17,510 bases of DNA, from contig JBHHUM010000042.1 in assembly GCA_046861645.1 (NCBI GenBank), positions 1 through 17,510 on the forward strand, given 5' to 3'. The DNA comes from Fidelibacterota bacterium (GTDB taxonomy: Bacteria > Fidelibacterota > Marinisomatia > Marinisomatales > UBA2128). Shown in pieces: positions 8,647 through 17,070 of this stretch (position 1 is its first letter; each line of letters begins with the position of its first letter). The notes below the pieces were generated by a model. That model was not told the DNA's origin and made no database searches. It saw only the letters and a list, made by a program, of their open reading frames with translations. The translations under genes and the position numbers were made by a program.

Positions 8647-10185
8647 TTAGAACCGAAACTCCTTGAATGTAGGCCAGAGTTGCTCCAAAGTTTCTACCGG
8701 GTCACGGCAGACGAACAGTGGAATACTGTCTTCACGGGCAATATTATGGGTGATCACCTTTTTCAATTCAACAGAACCAAAATATCTATTCAAAGCCTCT
8801 TCCCCGATACCAATGGTCAGAGCAACATCCGCTGAGGCATCCTCGTACCCCCAGGTGTAGTAACTTGAACTTACGCTTATAGCACCGGGTAAGTTGTACT
8901 TATCCGAGTAATAATCGATTGCTCCCGCTTCACCATAGCTACCTGCGATAATGATACATCTATCCTTATCTGACTGCGATAAATTACTATAGATTTCTTC
9001 TACTGCCATTACCTGTTCTTCCCATCCGAACATATCAGCAAATTCCTGGGGAAGGTTATGCAGTCGTCCATCCTCCCAGCGTAAAAGCTCAGAAAATCCG
9101 TGTCGGCCCATAAACTGCACATACGACTGTAGCGAATCAACTGGCATGACCGGCAGGCCGTAGGGAAGAAACACAATTAACCCTAGAATCACCAAGGAAA
9201 GGTACACTGGCATAATCCATTTCTTCACTGTTCCTTGGTAGAACCTTTCGAACACCACTGCACCCAATGCAAACAACATCGGATACGCCGGGAGCAGGTA
9301 GTAAGCCTTACCTCCAAATCTCAGCAGGACGAGAAGCGAAACCACATACAACCACCCTAAGACCCGAAATGTTCGGTCCTCTTTGTTGCGAAACGAATAC
9401 ACTAGCCCTACCAACCATATAGGTGCAGTGAACATATTCATCAAAATCTGCATGAATAAAAACCCTGCGGTTCCTACATTGACCAGCTGCGTCTCTGAAA
9501 GGGCTTCCATGTGCTGGAAGAACGGCCAGCCCATCCGATGCTGCCACACGAGGTTTGGAAAGAAAATCAGCAGTGCGATTCCTGCTGAGATCCACGGCCA
9601 TCGTGTTAATAAGACTTGACGTTTACGGGTAAATATTAGACCTACCAGAACACTGAATCCGAAAAGAAGCATCGTGTATTTGTTCAGTAGACCCAGTCCA
9701 CAAACAACACCAAACCATATCCATTGTTTCGGCTCGTTTGTTTTCAGTGCCCGAAGCAGCAACCAAGCACCCGCAACCCAGAAAGTCTGATTGAACCCAT
9801 CCGGTGTAAACAGAGTAGACACTCGAAGATATGCCACCGATACCAGCACGCAAAAAGCTGCAAGAAACTGGGCAAACCGGTTTCCACCTAGCTCCCTCGC
9901 AATCAATCCCGTGAAGATCACCATGGCTGCTCCAGCCAGAGCAGGAAACAGACGGACTGCAAATAGCGAACTACCAAAAAGAATTTCAGTCAGCCAGGCT
10001 ATGAGTGGGGTGAGAGGGGGTACTTCCAAGAATCCCCAGTCCATGTGTCTGCCTAGAGCCACGTAGAGGAACTCATCCCTGTGAAAACCATAGACTGTAT
10101 TGGTTAGAAAGTGAGCCAGGAGTTTTATTCCAGCAATAATTAAGATTATCTTCATACTGGTCAGGTAAACACGTCGTTCAACCAT
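8647..10185 (-). CDS. GT-C fold membrane glycosyltransferase (GT39/PMT_2, ArnT-like)
   Basis: Polytopic membrane protein with the luminal DE motif (GFHRDEFLY), [28 protein letters not shown] and GKAYY, followed by a soluble C-terminal domain. Confidence 0.88.
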   Translation of the reverse strand: MVERRVYLTSMKIILIIAGIKLLAHFLTNTVYGFHRDEFLYVALGRHMDWGFLEVPPLTPLIAWLTEILFGSSLFAVRLFPALAGAAMVIFTGLIARELGGNRFAQFLAAFCVLVSVAYLRVSTLFTPDGFNQTFWVAGAWLLLRALKTNEPKQWIWFGVVCGLGLLNKYTMLLFGFSVLVGLIFTRKRQVLLTRWPWISAGIALLIFFPNLVWQHRMGWPFFQHMEALSETQLVNVGTAGFLFMQILMNMFTAPIWLVGLVYSFRNKEDRTFRVLGWLYVVSLLVLLRFGGKAYYLLPAYPMLFALGAVVFERFYQGTVKKWIMPVYLSLVILGLIVFLPYGLPVMPVDSLQSYVQFMGRHGFSELLRWEDGRLHNLPQEFADMFGWEEQVMAVEEIYSNLSQSDKDRCIIIAGSYGEAGAIDYYSDKYNLPGAISVSSSYYTWGYEDASADVALTIGIGEEALNRYFGSVELKKVITHNIAREDSIPLFVCRDPVETLEQLWPTFKEFRF

Positions 10186-11311
10186 TATAGTTCTCCATCA
10201 AATCAGTGAACTGCCGGAACAGGTATCGTGAATCGTGCGGACCCGGCGCAGCCTCAGGATGGTACTGGACAGAAAAGGCTGGAATATCCCTGCACCGAAT
10301 CCCTTCAGAAGTAGCGTCGTTCAGATTCACATGCGTGGGAATCACACCATCGGGAAGAGTGTTCAAATCTACAGCGAAACCATGATTCTGACTCGTAATT
10401 TCTACCACTCCTGTTTCCAGATTCTTTACAGGATGATTAATCCCTCGATGCCCAAATTTAAGTTTATACGTTTGTGCTCCTAATGCCAGGGACAATATCT
10501 GGTGACCGAGACATATCCCAAAGATGGGTATTCTACCTAACAAGTTTTTTACCGTTGTAATGGCATAGGTAACGGCAGCTGGATCACCAGGTCCATTGGA
10601 AAGAAATATACCATCCGGATCCCCAGCGAGAATATCATCAGCAGTTGTAGAGGCCGGTAAGACTGTTACTGCACAACCGTGATCAGATAAAAGTCTAAGG
10701 ATATTCCACTTAATTCCGTAGTCGAGACAAACCACTTTAAAACGGGTTGCTGATTGGGGTATGTCAAATTCTTGCTTCTCTTTTCCAGCACCCCCGATCC
10801 ACTTATAGGGTAGTTTACAGGTAACCCGGGAGACTAGGTCCAAACCAGCCATGGAAGGAACCTTTTCCAACTTAGAGGTGAGAGAGTCTTTTTGAGCATC
10901 TTCTGTAGAAATAATGCCATTCATCGCCCCCTTATTACGAATATGCCTCGTAAGCGCCCGGGTGTCAATTCCCTGAATACCTGTTATTCCAGCCTCTCTC
11001 AGATAATCTCCCAGAGACTGTGTAGCTCGGTAACTCGAGGGGTGTACAGTCTCCTCCCTCACTACAAATCCTGCTACTTGAATTCGATTTGATTCTACAT
11101 CTTCAGGATTCACACCATAGTTTCCAATGTGGGGTGCTGTCATGGTAACAATCTGACCACAATAAGATGGGTCGGTTAGAATCTCCTGATAGCCGGTCAT
11201 ACCGGTGTTAAAACACACTTCACCAGTAGTTTCGCCTTCAGCACCCAAACTCCAACCATGAAATAGTCTTCCATCCTCCAATAACAATAATGCAGGTTTT
11301 CGATCCTTCAT
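10178..11311 (-). CDS. carA: Carbamoyl-phosphate synthase small (glutaminase) subunit
   Basis: [29 protein letters not shown], catalytic GICLGHQ and QYHPE motifs. Confidence 0.99.
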   Translation of the reverse strand: MKDRKPALLLLEDGRLFHGWSLGAEGETTGEVCFNTGMTGYQEILTDPSYCGQIVTMTAPHIGNYGVNPEDVESNRIQVAGFVVREETVHPSSYRATQSLGDYLREAGITGIQGIDTRALTRHIRNKGAMNGIISTEDAQKDSLTSKLEKVPSMAGLDLVSRVTCKLPYKWIGGAGKEKQEFDIPQSATRFKVVCLDYGIKWNILRLLSDHGCAVTVLPASTTADDILAGDPDGIFLSNGPGDPAAVTYAITTVKNLLGRIPIFGICLGHQILSLALGAQTYKLKFGHRGINHPVKNLETGVVEITSQNHGFAVDLNTLPDGVIPTHVNLNDATSEGIRCRDIPAFSVQYHPEAAPGPHDSRYLFRQFTDLMENYNG

Positions 11312-12075
11312 TTTGTCCCTACTGTCAGAGCCACAGTTCCCAGATTAAACCTCAGTGTATGGACATCTCTAAATCCCACATCACTCAGGAGATACCGCAT
11401 TTGAGCTGCAGAATGGAAGGCCTCTATAGTATCGATCAGATAGCGGTAAGCGGGCCACATCCGGTGCTGGATAAGACCACCCAGTGGAAGAACAAATAGA
11501 CGAAAATAGAGCCAGCTGACGATACGCATAATACTACTTTCCGGTCGGCAGAACTCCAGAAATCCAAGGCGCCCCCCAGTTTGCAGCACTCGCCTGATCT
11601 CACTCAATCCCTGGCGTAAATCAAACAGGTTTCTGCCTACGAAACCAGCTACAGCACCTGCGAAGGAATTATCACTGAAAGGTATATTCTCACCGTCAGC
11701 AATAGTAAGAGACAGCCACTCGGCATGTTCTCCTGCCTTTTGCCTCATTATTCCCAGCATTTCGAGGGAAAGATCAAGGGCAATTACGTCCACTTCAACT
11801 TGCCTTCTTACTTCTAAACCAAAATCTCCCGTGCCCGCGCCAAAATCAAGAATTCTATCTCCCGGCTTGAAATTCAACGCCTGCACTGATTTTCGGCGCC
11901 AGTGGATGTCTCGGCCCAAACTGAAAAGATGGTTCAGTAAATCATACCGAGGACCCACCTGTCGAAACATTTCCACCATGTCCTGCTTAGATTCTATAAA
12001 AAAAGAGCCCCGATAGTGGGGCTCTTTTTCTGAAGTACTTATCTTACTCAAGTTTAGAGAACCGTTCCTAACCAA
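11308..12075 (-). CDS. menG: Demethylmenaquinone methyltransferase, UbiE/MenG family (start uncertain: 12075, 12051, 11979 or 11970)
   Basis: MF...[19 protein letters not shown] signature, SAM motif [10 protein letters not shown], and AYRYL..TI..F. It lies directly downstream of a MenA-domain gene, and its stop overlaps the carA ATG. Confidence 0.88.
   Translation of the reverse strand: MVRNGSLNLSKISTSEKEPHYRGSFFIESKQDMVEMFRQVGPRYDLLNHLFSLGRDIHWRRKSVQALNFKPGDRILDFGAGTGDFGLEVRRQVEVDVIALDLSLEMLGIMRQKAGEHAEWLSLTIADGENIPFSDNSFAGAVAGFVGRNLFDLRQGLSEIRRVLQTGGRLGFLEFCRPESSIMRIVSWLYFRLFVLPLGGLIQHRMWPAYRYLIDTIEAFHSAAQMRYLLSDVGFRDVHTLRFNLGTVALTVGTK
11998..12029 (-). terminator. Intrinsic terminator-like hairpin downstream of the menA fusion (possibly bidirectional)
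   Basis: Perfect inverted repeat AAAAAGAGCCCC (12000-12011), loop GATAGT, GGGGCTCTTTTT (12018-12029). On the minus strand the GC stem is followed by 7 U, about 25 nt after the menA stop. Confidence 0.75.
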
Positions 12076-13562
12076 TACCCTAACGCCATCAGCAATCCGA
12101 CAGAAAAGTGTGTACCAATAGTGGAAACATTGACCAATAGTAGTTCGTAGGGTAATTTTTGTCGATCAGCATCATTCTCTACCCACCGTTGTAACCATTC
12201 GATTCCCATTTTCATAGCTTTTCTTGCCAATAGAAAGGGAAGCATGGCTATAAGGACCCAGGGAGTGGAAAAGTCCGCATTAACCGCACCGGCAACTCCA
12301 AGTCCCAGGATGAAAAGAAACGTTACATAGAGCGACGCTTTATATATGGCAAACGGCTTAGCGTAATTAGCAATTTCATCTCCTTCTGCTGTCCTGACTA
12401 CCCAGGTACGCTTACCTACTGCTCGGTCAGCACTGTAGTCTTGGAACCCATTGATAAAAAGGATCAACCCGACCATAATCGCCACGGGAATAGAAGCTAC
12501 CAGTACCGGGAAGAAATTCCACTCTGCTGCCGGCATGAGAGCCTGTTTCTGTACGTAGTGAGTACCGAGCGCCATCACGGGGCCAAAACCCAACATAACA
12601 GCAATATCGCCAAAACCGTGGTAACTGAGCCGCAGGGGAGCGCCCGTGTAAAAGATCCCCAAAGCAACGCCGGCGATGCCAAACCAAAGGAGCGGACTGA
12701 TGGCCAGTGGAGCGCCATGAAGTTGAGCATTCAGCTTCAAACCAACCGATATCGCTCCAGCAAACAACACTGCAGCCAGGATGAATACCTTACCCGGAGA
12801 CATGAGCCCTGCCTGAATCATACGTGAGCCCCCATTGAAGGGACTGAACAACTTATTGGACTCATCATTCCTCGTAACATGGTCGGAGTAGTCATTAGCT
12901 ACGTTAGTACCGGCATGGGCCAGAATAGCACCTAAAATCGTCCACCAGAAGAGACTCCAGTTGAAAGCACCAAAGTTGTAAAAGGCAACGGCAGCCCCTA
13001 AAATCACTGGAGCAATCGTTGCGGTGAAAAATGGGGCTCGAACTGCCCTTAAGTAGAGACCAATCTTCCGCAAAGTACCTTTTAAGATGGAAACAACCAA
13101 CGATTCCTGATTTTCTGGAAACTCTCGCCATTCAAACTGATTGTCAGCATAAAAATCCACATACTTAATGACTGTTGGCTTAAGCTTGTAATAACTGATC
13201 ACTTTATTTTTTTTCAGGAATTCGTCATCCATATAGGGTTTAAAAGCCTCCGTAACTTCCAATATCATTTTGTAAGCTTTTTCTACCTCTACTGGATCCT
13301 TTATCTGCTGTATCAGACCATCAATCTGTAACCCTTTGATTCCTTCAGTACCATCTGGACGAACCACGCATTGTACCCGGGGATTAACACGAGCCTGCTC
13401 GGCCTTACGGGTAGGATTGAAAGTAAAGAAGTAGATGTCAAAACCATCGTTGGCAAAAAATACATTCGCTGTTGAAGGATTTCCTCCCACTGAAGTACCC
13501 AAGGTAAGGAATTCAGCTTTATCTAACATCTCGAGAATCTTCTCGTCAAGACCTTTATTCAT
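12054..13562 (-). CDS. menA: Fusion: N-terminal pyridoxamine-5'-phosphate-oxidase-like (FMN-binding split barrel) domain + 1,4-dihydroxy-2-naphthoate prenyltransferase (MenA/UbiA family)
   Basis: Residues about 1-150: LTLGT...P...VFF...IYFFT...TRKAEQARVNPRV...GLQIDG (split barrel). From about residue 170: RAPFFTAT, NDYSDHVTRND, GGSRMIQ, YTGAP..LSYHGFGD and NGFQDYSADRAVGKRT (MenA Asp-rich motifs) with multiple TM helices. One uninterrupted ORF with a GGAGGT SD. Confidence 0.9.
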   Translation of the reverse strand: MNKGLDEKILEMLDKAEFLTLGTSVGGNPSTANVFFANDGFDIYFFTFNPTRKAEQARVNPRVQCVVRPDGTEGIKGLQIDGLIQQIKDPVEVEKAYKMILEVTEAFKPYMDDEFLKKNKVISYYKLKPTVIKYVDFYADNQFEWREFPENQESLVVSILKGTLRKIGLYLRAVRAPFFTATIAPVILGAAVAFYNFGAFNWSLFWWTILGAILAHAGTNVANDYSDHVTRNDESNKLFSPFNGGSRMIQAGLMSPGKVFILAAVLFAGAISVGLKLNAQLHGAPLAISPLLWFGIAGVALGIFYTGAPLRLSYHGFGDIAVMLGFGPVMALGTHYVQKQALMPAAEWNFFPVLVASIPVAIMVGLILFINGFQDYSADRAVGKRTWVVRTAEGDEIANYAKPFAIYKASLYVTFLFILGLGVAGAVNADFSTPWVLIAMLPFLLARKAMKMGIEWLQRWVENDADRQKLPYELLLVNVSTIGTHFSVGLLMALGYWLGTVL

Positions 13563-13601
13563 TTCACCTCCAAGACGTATTTCTTTAAATTACCGAAGGC
13601 A

Positions 13602-13630
13602 AATTTATGGTGTTGTCATGACTCACCCAA
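13602..13630 (-). promoter_or_regulatory. Possible sigma70-type promoter for the menA fusion
   Basis: Minus strand TTGGGT (13630-13625), 17 bp spacer, TAAATT (13607-13602). The spacer contains the palindrome GTCATGAC (13615-13622). The -35 match is weak. Confidence 0.3.
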
Positions 13631-13682
13631 AGCCAAAATCGCTACAAAACGATGAATTATCGCAAGAAAATGAGGTGAACGT

Positions 13683-14135
13683 GTGAACTTTCTGGTACTT
13701 CACGGACCCAACCTGAACCTGATGGGTATTCGCTCTGCACAAATCGGCGAGCGGGTAACACTGGATAAAATCAACCGGGTACTACGACGACAAGCGCGTA
13801 CCCTGGAAGTATCCTTGAAGATCCTGCAGACTCACGACTCAGCAAGAGCCATCACCTTCTTGCATCGCAATCGGAACTGGGCAAATGGACTGCTCTTTGC
13901 TCCCGCTTCCTGGGCTCGCACTCAGTATGATGTACTTGATACATTGCAGCTCATCGGTATTCCCTTCGCTGAGATATTCCTTACCGAGGAGTTTGATCCT
14001 AACCAATACCAAGCTATCTCCATCTTTACGGGAATTGCCGTTGTCACCCTCAAGGGACCCCCTCTTAATATTTTTTCCGAGGCACTAACCAAACTGTATG
14101 AAGAAATCACTAAAGAATCCTCAAAAGGGCCGTAA
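13683..14135 (+). CDS. Type II 3-dehydroquinate dehydratase (AroQ)-fold protein, probably catalytically inactive
   Basis: The LVLHGPNLNLMGIR N-terminus, length and overall pattern match DHQase II, but the REPxxYG, NPG/A, TH and EVHxSN motifs are altered. GAGGTG SD, GTG start. Confidence 0.85.
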   Translation: MNFLVLHGPNLNLMGIRSAQIGERVTLDKINRVLRRQARTLEVSLKILQTHDSARAITFLHRNRNWANGLLFAPASWARTQYDVLDTLQLIGIPFAEIFLTEEFDPNQYQAISIFTGIAVVTLKGPPLNIFSEALTKLYEEITKESSKGP

Positions 14136-15003
14136 CCTTTATTTTCTGCTCCTCTCAGGGTTACTCTATATTATCTCTGGTTGTGCCCAACCGCCAGCAT
14201 CACAACCTGAAGAGCCTCCTCCACGAGAAGAACCGGAAAAAATAAAAGAACTCGAGTCAGTAGAAACAATCCAACCTGAGCCTACAATACCAAAAGTCTT
14301 AGAAACCGCTCCTGCACCAAAGCCTGAAGAAGTCATCCTTCCTCCGGTGATTATCCGGGACACCGTTCATGTAGAACACGTGATTTTCCCCGGTTCAGTA
14401 ACTTACCCGGATGACTTTTCCTATCTTAAAGACCTGAACCTTCTCTACCCCTGTACCGGGGTTCACATTCCGGACAAATCACGCCTCCTGCCCAACGCTC
14501 CCCGCAGCTATCGGCACGGCATCCATCGCGGGATTGATTTTATAGCCAACTATGGTAGTGAAGTCAGGGCTGTGGAGAGTGGCGTCGTCATCAGGGCTGA
14601 TCATCATTATGATGAGTTTGATCCTACTTTCCGGAAGGATTTGCTGGCGGAGGCCTCCACGATCGGGAGAACACCGTCAGATGTTTTTAATAACATTCTG
14701 GTGGGTCAAAGCGTCATAATCGATCACGGCACCGCCCTGGTGCCCGGTAAGCGGATAATTTCACTCTATGCCCATCTCTCCCAGATAGACAGTACTATCC
14801 AGGTAGGTAGTAAAGTAGATAAGGGTCAGCGTTTAGGACTTTCCGGAAACAGTGGTACGGAGCCAGCTACGGAGGGAAAAAGAGATGGCGCCCATCTTCA
14901 CTTTGAACTGATTATTCAAGATGCCCGGGGGGAAAGATACTTGGGTCAGGGACTGGCGCTGGAAGAGCTACGATCGGTGCTGAACAACCTGTTTACTGAG
15001 TAA
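14098..15003 (+). CDS. M23 family metallopeptidase, predicted lipoprotein
   Basis: Lipobox ISGC, Pro/Glu-rich linker, zinc motifs HRGID (HxxxD) and HLH, plus YAHL and GLSGNSG. Overlaps the upstream ORF by 38 nt. Confidence 0.92.
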   Translation: MKKSLKNPQKGRNLYFLLLSGLLYIISGCAQPPASQPEEPPPREEPEKIKELESVETIQPEPTIPKVLETAPAPKPEEVILPPVIIRDTVHVEHVIFPGSVTYPDDFSYLKDLNLLYPCTGVHIPDKSRLLPNAPRSYRHGIHRGIDFIANYGSEVRAVESGVVIRADHHYDEFDPTFRKDLLAEASTIGRTPSDVFNNILVGQSVIIDHGTALVPGKRIISLYAHLSQIDSTIQVGSKVDKGQRLGLSGNSGTEPATEGKRDGAHLHFELIIQDARGERYLGQGLALEELRSVLNNLFTE

Positions 15004-15222
15004 TTTTCGTCACTCAACTGGATTACCCCTATTTCTAAAGTAATAACACTCCGCTCTTACCTCAATCAGGATAACCTCTCTCAAAAAGGAGACTTAACAA
15101 TAACCAAAGTATTATAGACTATTTTATACAATAAAAAGCCATCATCCCAATTTGTTTACACCAATAAACATTGACAGGCGCAGAACCAGTCCCTTCTCGA
15201 GAGAAGATACTGGAGGTATGTT

Positions 15223-15309
15223 ATGAAGAATTCCGATACTCTAAAACCTGTGTTCATACCTCTATTTACGGGGAATCAAATAGAGAATAAAATAAATTTG
15301 ATTGGTTGA
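15223..15309 (+). CDS. Candidate 28-aa small ORF (MKNSDTLKPVFIPLFTGNQIENKINLIG)
   Basis: GGAGG at 15212-15216 lies 6 nt before the ATG. The ORF is embedded in alternative stem-loops. No recognisable homology. Confidence 0.3.
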   Translation: MKNSDTLKPVFIPLFTGNQIENKINLIG

Positions 15310-15510
15310 TCGAGGAACCGATACTGTCTCCCTCCCCTCAAAAGCACTCAGTCTCTCTTAAGCACTCATCGTCTGCTGTACGTTCCAGAGAGGTGAGTAG
15401 TTGACCTACTCGAAGTAGAGCCAAATGCCTTCTTTTTCAATAAAGTTATCATGGGGAAAATGTTAAAAACTGTTATAATACTAACCCAGCCCCTTCCAGA
15501 ATCCTCACCT

Positions 15511-15548
15511 GAATATATAAGGGGGAGCAACTCCAGAGCTACTCCCCC
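15511..15548 (-). terminator. Probable intrinsic terminator for the patatin transcript
   Basis: Minus strand GGGGGAGUAGCU-CUGG-AGUUGCUCCCCC-UUAUAUAUU. This is a 12-bp stem whose two A-C mismatches on + become G-U pairs on -, which fixes the strand. It lies about 190 nt after the patatin stop. Confidence 0.6.
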
Positions 15549-15737
15549 ATCATTTACCCAAACGGGTTGATTATACGTTAGAAAAAAATGCTACCTCTCA
15601 CCACTTCAAGTCTCTACTGTTTTGTATCAATCTACTCATCCCTTCAATATGGGTTGTTTCTCATTCTCTCAATCAAATGATCTCTTTATCTGCTTAACAT
15701 AAATACGATCCAAGTAATCCCATCATAAACGAACATT

Positions 15738-16727
15738 CTAAGGTTGTCTGTATTTCCTTTTCCATTCTTCAAAATCCCAAGTTTCTAGAAATTCAGTTGC
15801 AGCATTTACCCCATTCTGATAGAGAGCCTGACTTTCCCCCTGTGTTATACCAAAATGAGTAGATTTAATCTCTTTCTCAACACTATCAATTATTACTGTA
15901 GTTGGTATTCTGATCGTTCGATCATAATCCCCCTTTGATTTCGATATGTGATAACTGTCGTGGGCATCAAGCATTGTTCCAGCCAATGCTGTTAAAAAAC
16001 TGATGGGGTTATAAATAGATTTACGGTTCGAAGGTTTTAGCGCCCTTTTGTCAGGTTCTATCAACTTAAACCCTAGTGTTGGCCATTCTGGATTTGTAGT
16101 TCCGTCATCTAATAACCAAACAGGATAGTTGCTGAGTATCCCCCCATCCACAATTAGATGATTCCTGCCACTGCTATCCTGAAGTTTGACGGGCTCAAAG
16201 AAAATTGGAATGCTCATACTCATTCTGACTGCCCTAGAAATGCTGAAAGAGTCTGGATTATATCCAAAATCCTTCAAGCTGCCGGGTAGAACAAGGAGAC
16301 TTCTATCGGTGATATCTGCAGCTATAACCTGAAGTTTGTATTTGTACTTCTCATCATTGCTGTCTGTTTTGATATCACCAAAAGTTGTTGCGCCTTTTGA
16401 TTGCAATAACTCATCCAGCCAGTTCTCAAAGAAATCTCCTTCATAAATTCCATATTCAAAGCCTATGCTCAGACCTTTCCCGAAGAAACCAATCTTGTCA
16501 AGGAGTCCTTCATCTTTAAACTTTTTGTAGTCAAGTCGCTCTACTTCCACTGCGATCTCTTCAGCTGTAAAGCCTGCAGCTACAAGTGATGCTACAATAG
16601 CCCCTGCTGATGTGCCTGCAACATTTTCTAATACATATCCTTCGCTTTCTACTTTAGCTATGGCACCAGCTAAGCCAATCCCTTTTACACCACCACCTTC
16701 AAAAACAGCATCAATCTTACCAGCCAA
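15738..16727 (-). CDS. Patatin-like phospholipase (resembles Bacillus YqhO type)
   Basis: Oxyanion loop GGGVKG, nucleophile GTSAG, AVRMSMSIPIFFEP, catalytic DGG(ILSNYP). TTG start with an AAAGGAG SD 6 nt upstream. No signal peptide. Confidence 0.95.
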   Translation of the reverse strand: MAGKIDAVFEGGGVKGIGLAGAIAKVESEGYVLENVAGTSAGAIVASLVAAGFTAEEIAVEVERLDYKKFKDEGLLDKIGFFGKGLSIGFEYGIYEGDFFENWLDELLQSKGATTFGDIKTDSNDEKYKYKLQVIAADITDRSLLVLPGSLKDFGYNPDSFSISRAVRMSMSIPIFFEPVKLQDSSGRNHLIVDGGILSNYPVWLLDDGTTNPEWPTLGFKLIEPDKRALKPSNRKSIYNPISFLTALAGTMLDAHDSYHISKSKGDYDRTIRIPTTVIIDSVEKEIKSTHFGITQGESQALYQNGVNAATEFLETWDFEEWKRKYRQP

Positions 16728-16827
16728 ATGCTACTCCTTTTCAAAAAAATGACGAAGAATACGTTTATCCTCTAAAACAACTATGACATTACCGGTCAAT
16801 CGACTTTTTTAAAACTCCTGCTTCATT

Positions 16828-16856
16828 AATATAGCTGAAACCCTCAATGCTGTCAA
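16828..16856 (-). promoter_or_regulatory. Sigma70-type promoter of the patatin gene
   Basis: Minus strand TTGACA (16856-16851), 17 bp spacer, TATATT (16833-16828), about 100 nt upstream of the start codon. Confidence 0.7.
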
Positions 16857-16920
16857 TACGACGAACGTCGTATTTTTACCTGGTCAAATGTCGTATTTTT
16901 ACCTAGTCAAATGTCGTATT
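16855..16920. repeat. Palindrome plus 23-bp tandem repeat; candidate transcription-factor operator array
   Basis: AATACGACG-AA-CGTCGTATT palindrome (16855-16874). GTCGTATTTTTACCT(G/A)GTCAAAT at 16867-16889 and 16890-16912, then a partial copy GTCGTATT at 16913-16920. Confidence 0.85.
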
Positions 16921-17070
16921 AGGTGTATGTTATAGAGCGTAGTATAGGGGGAGATGAAGAGTATATCTAAGAGTAAAACTCATACAGATATACTTTGCTG
17001 CAGTCTGGGTTGCTGGTTGTAAAACGAAAAATTAAAATATGGACAATTTAAATAGAGTTGTAGCCTTCTT

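Noticed and set aside
3220..14363. Numerous 60-130 aa alternative-frame or antisense ORFs inside carB, ABC, GT39, carA, menG, menA, aroQ-like and M23 genes
   Set aside because: They are shadow ORFs overlapping confidently identified genes and have no motifs.
15170..15222. Known riboswitch (e.g. c-di-GMP-I, suggested by GGCGCAGAACC)
   Set aside because: The upstream GGCAAAC/GAAA-tetraloop stem and the downstream conserved elements are missing, and no substantial gene lies downstream on that strand.
15738..16727. Patatin as a CBASS/CapV-type anti-phage effector
   Set aside because: No nucleotide cyclase or other defence gene is adjacent. The sequence pattern resembles stand-alone YqhO-type patatins and it has its own promoter.
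16867..16920. 23-bp repeats as a mini CRISPR array
   Set aside because: The copies are directly adjacent with no spacers, there are only about 2.3 units, and no cas genes are present.
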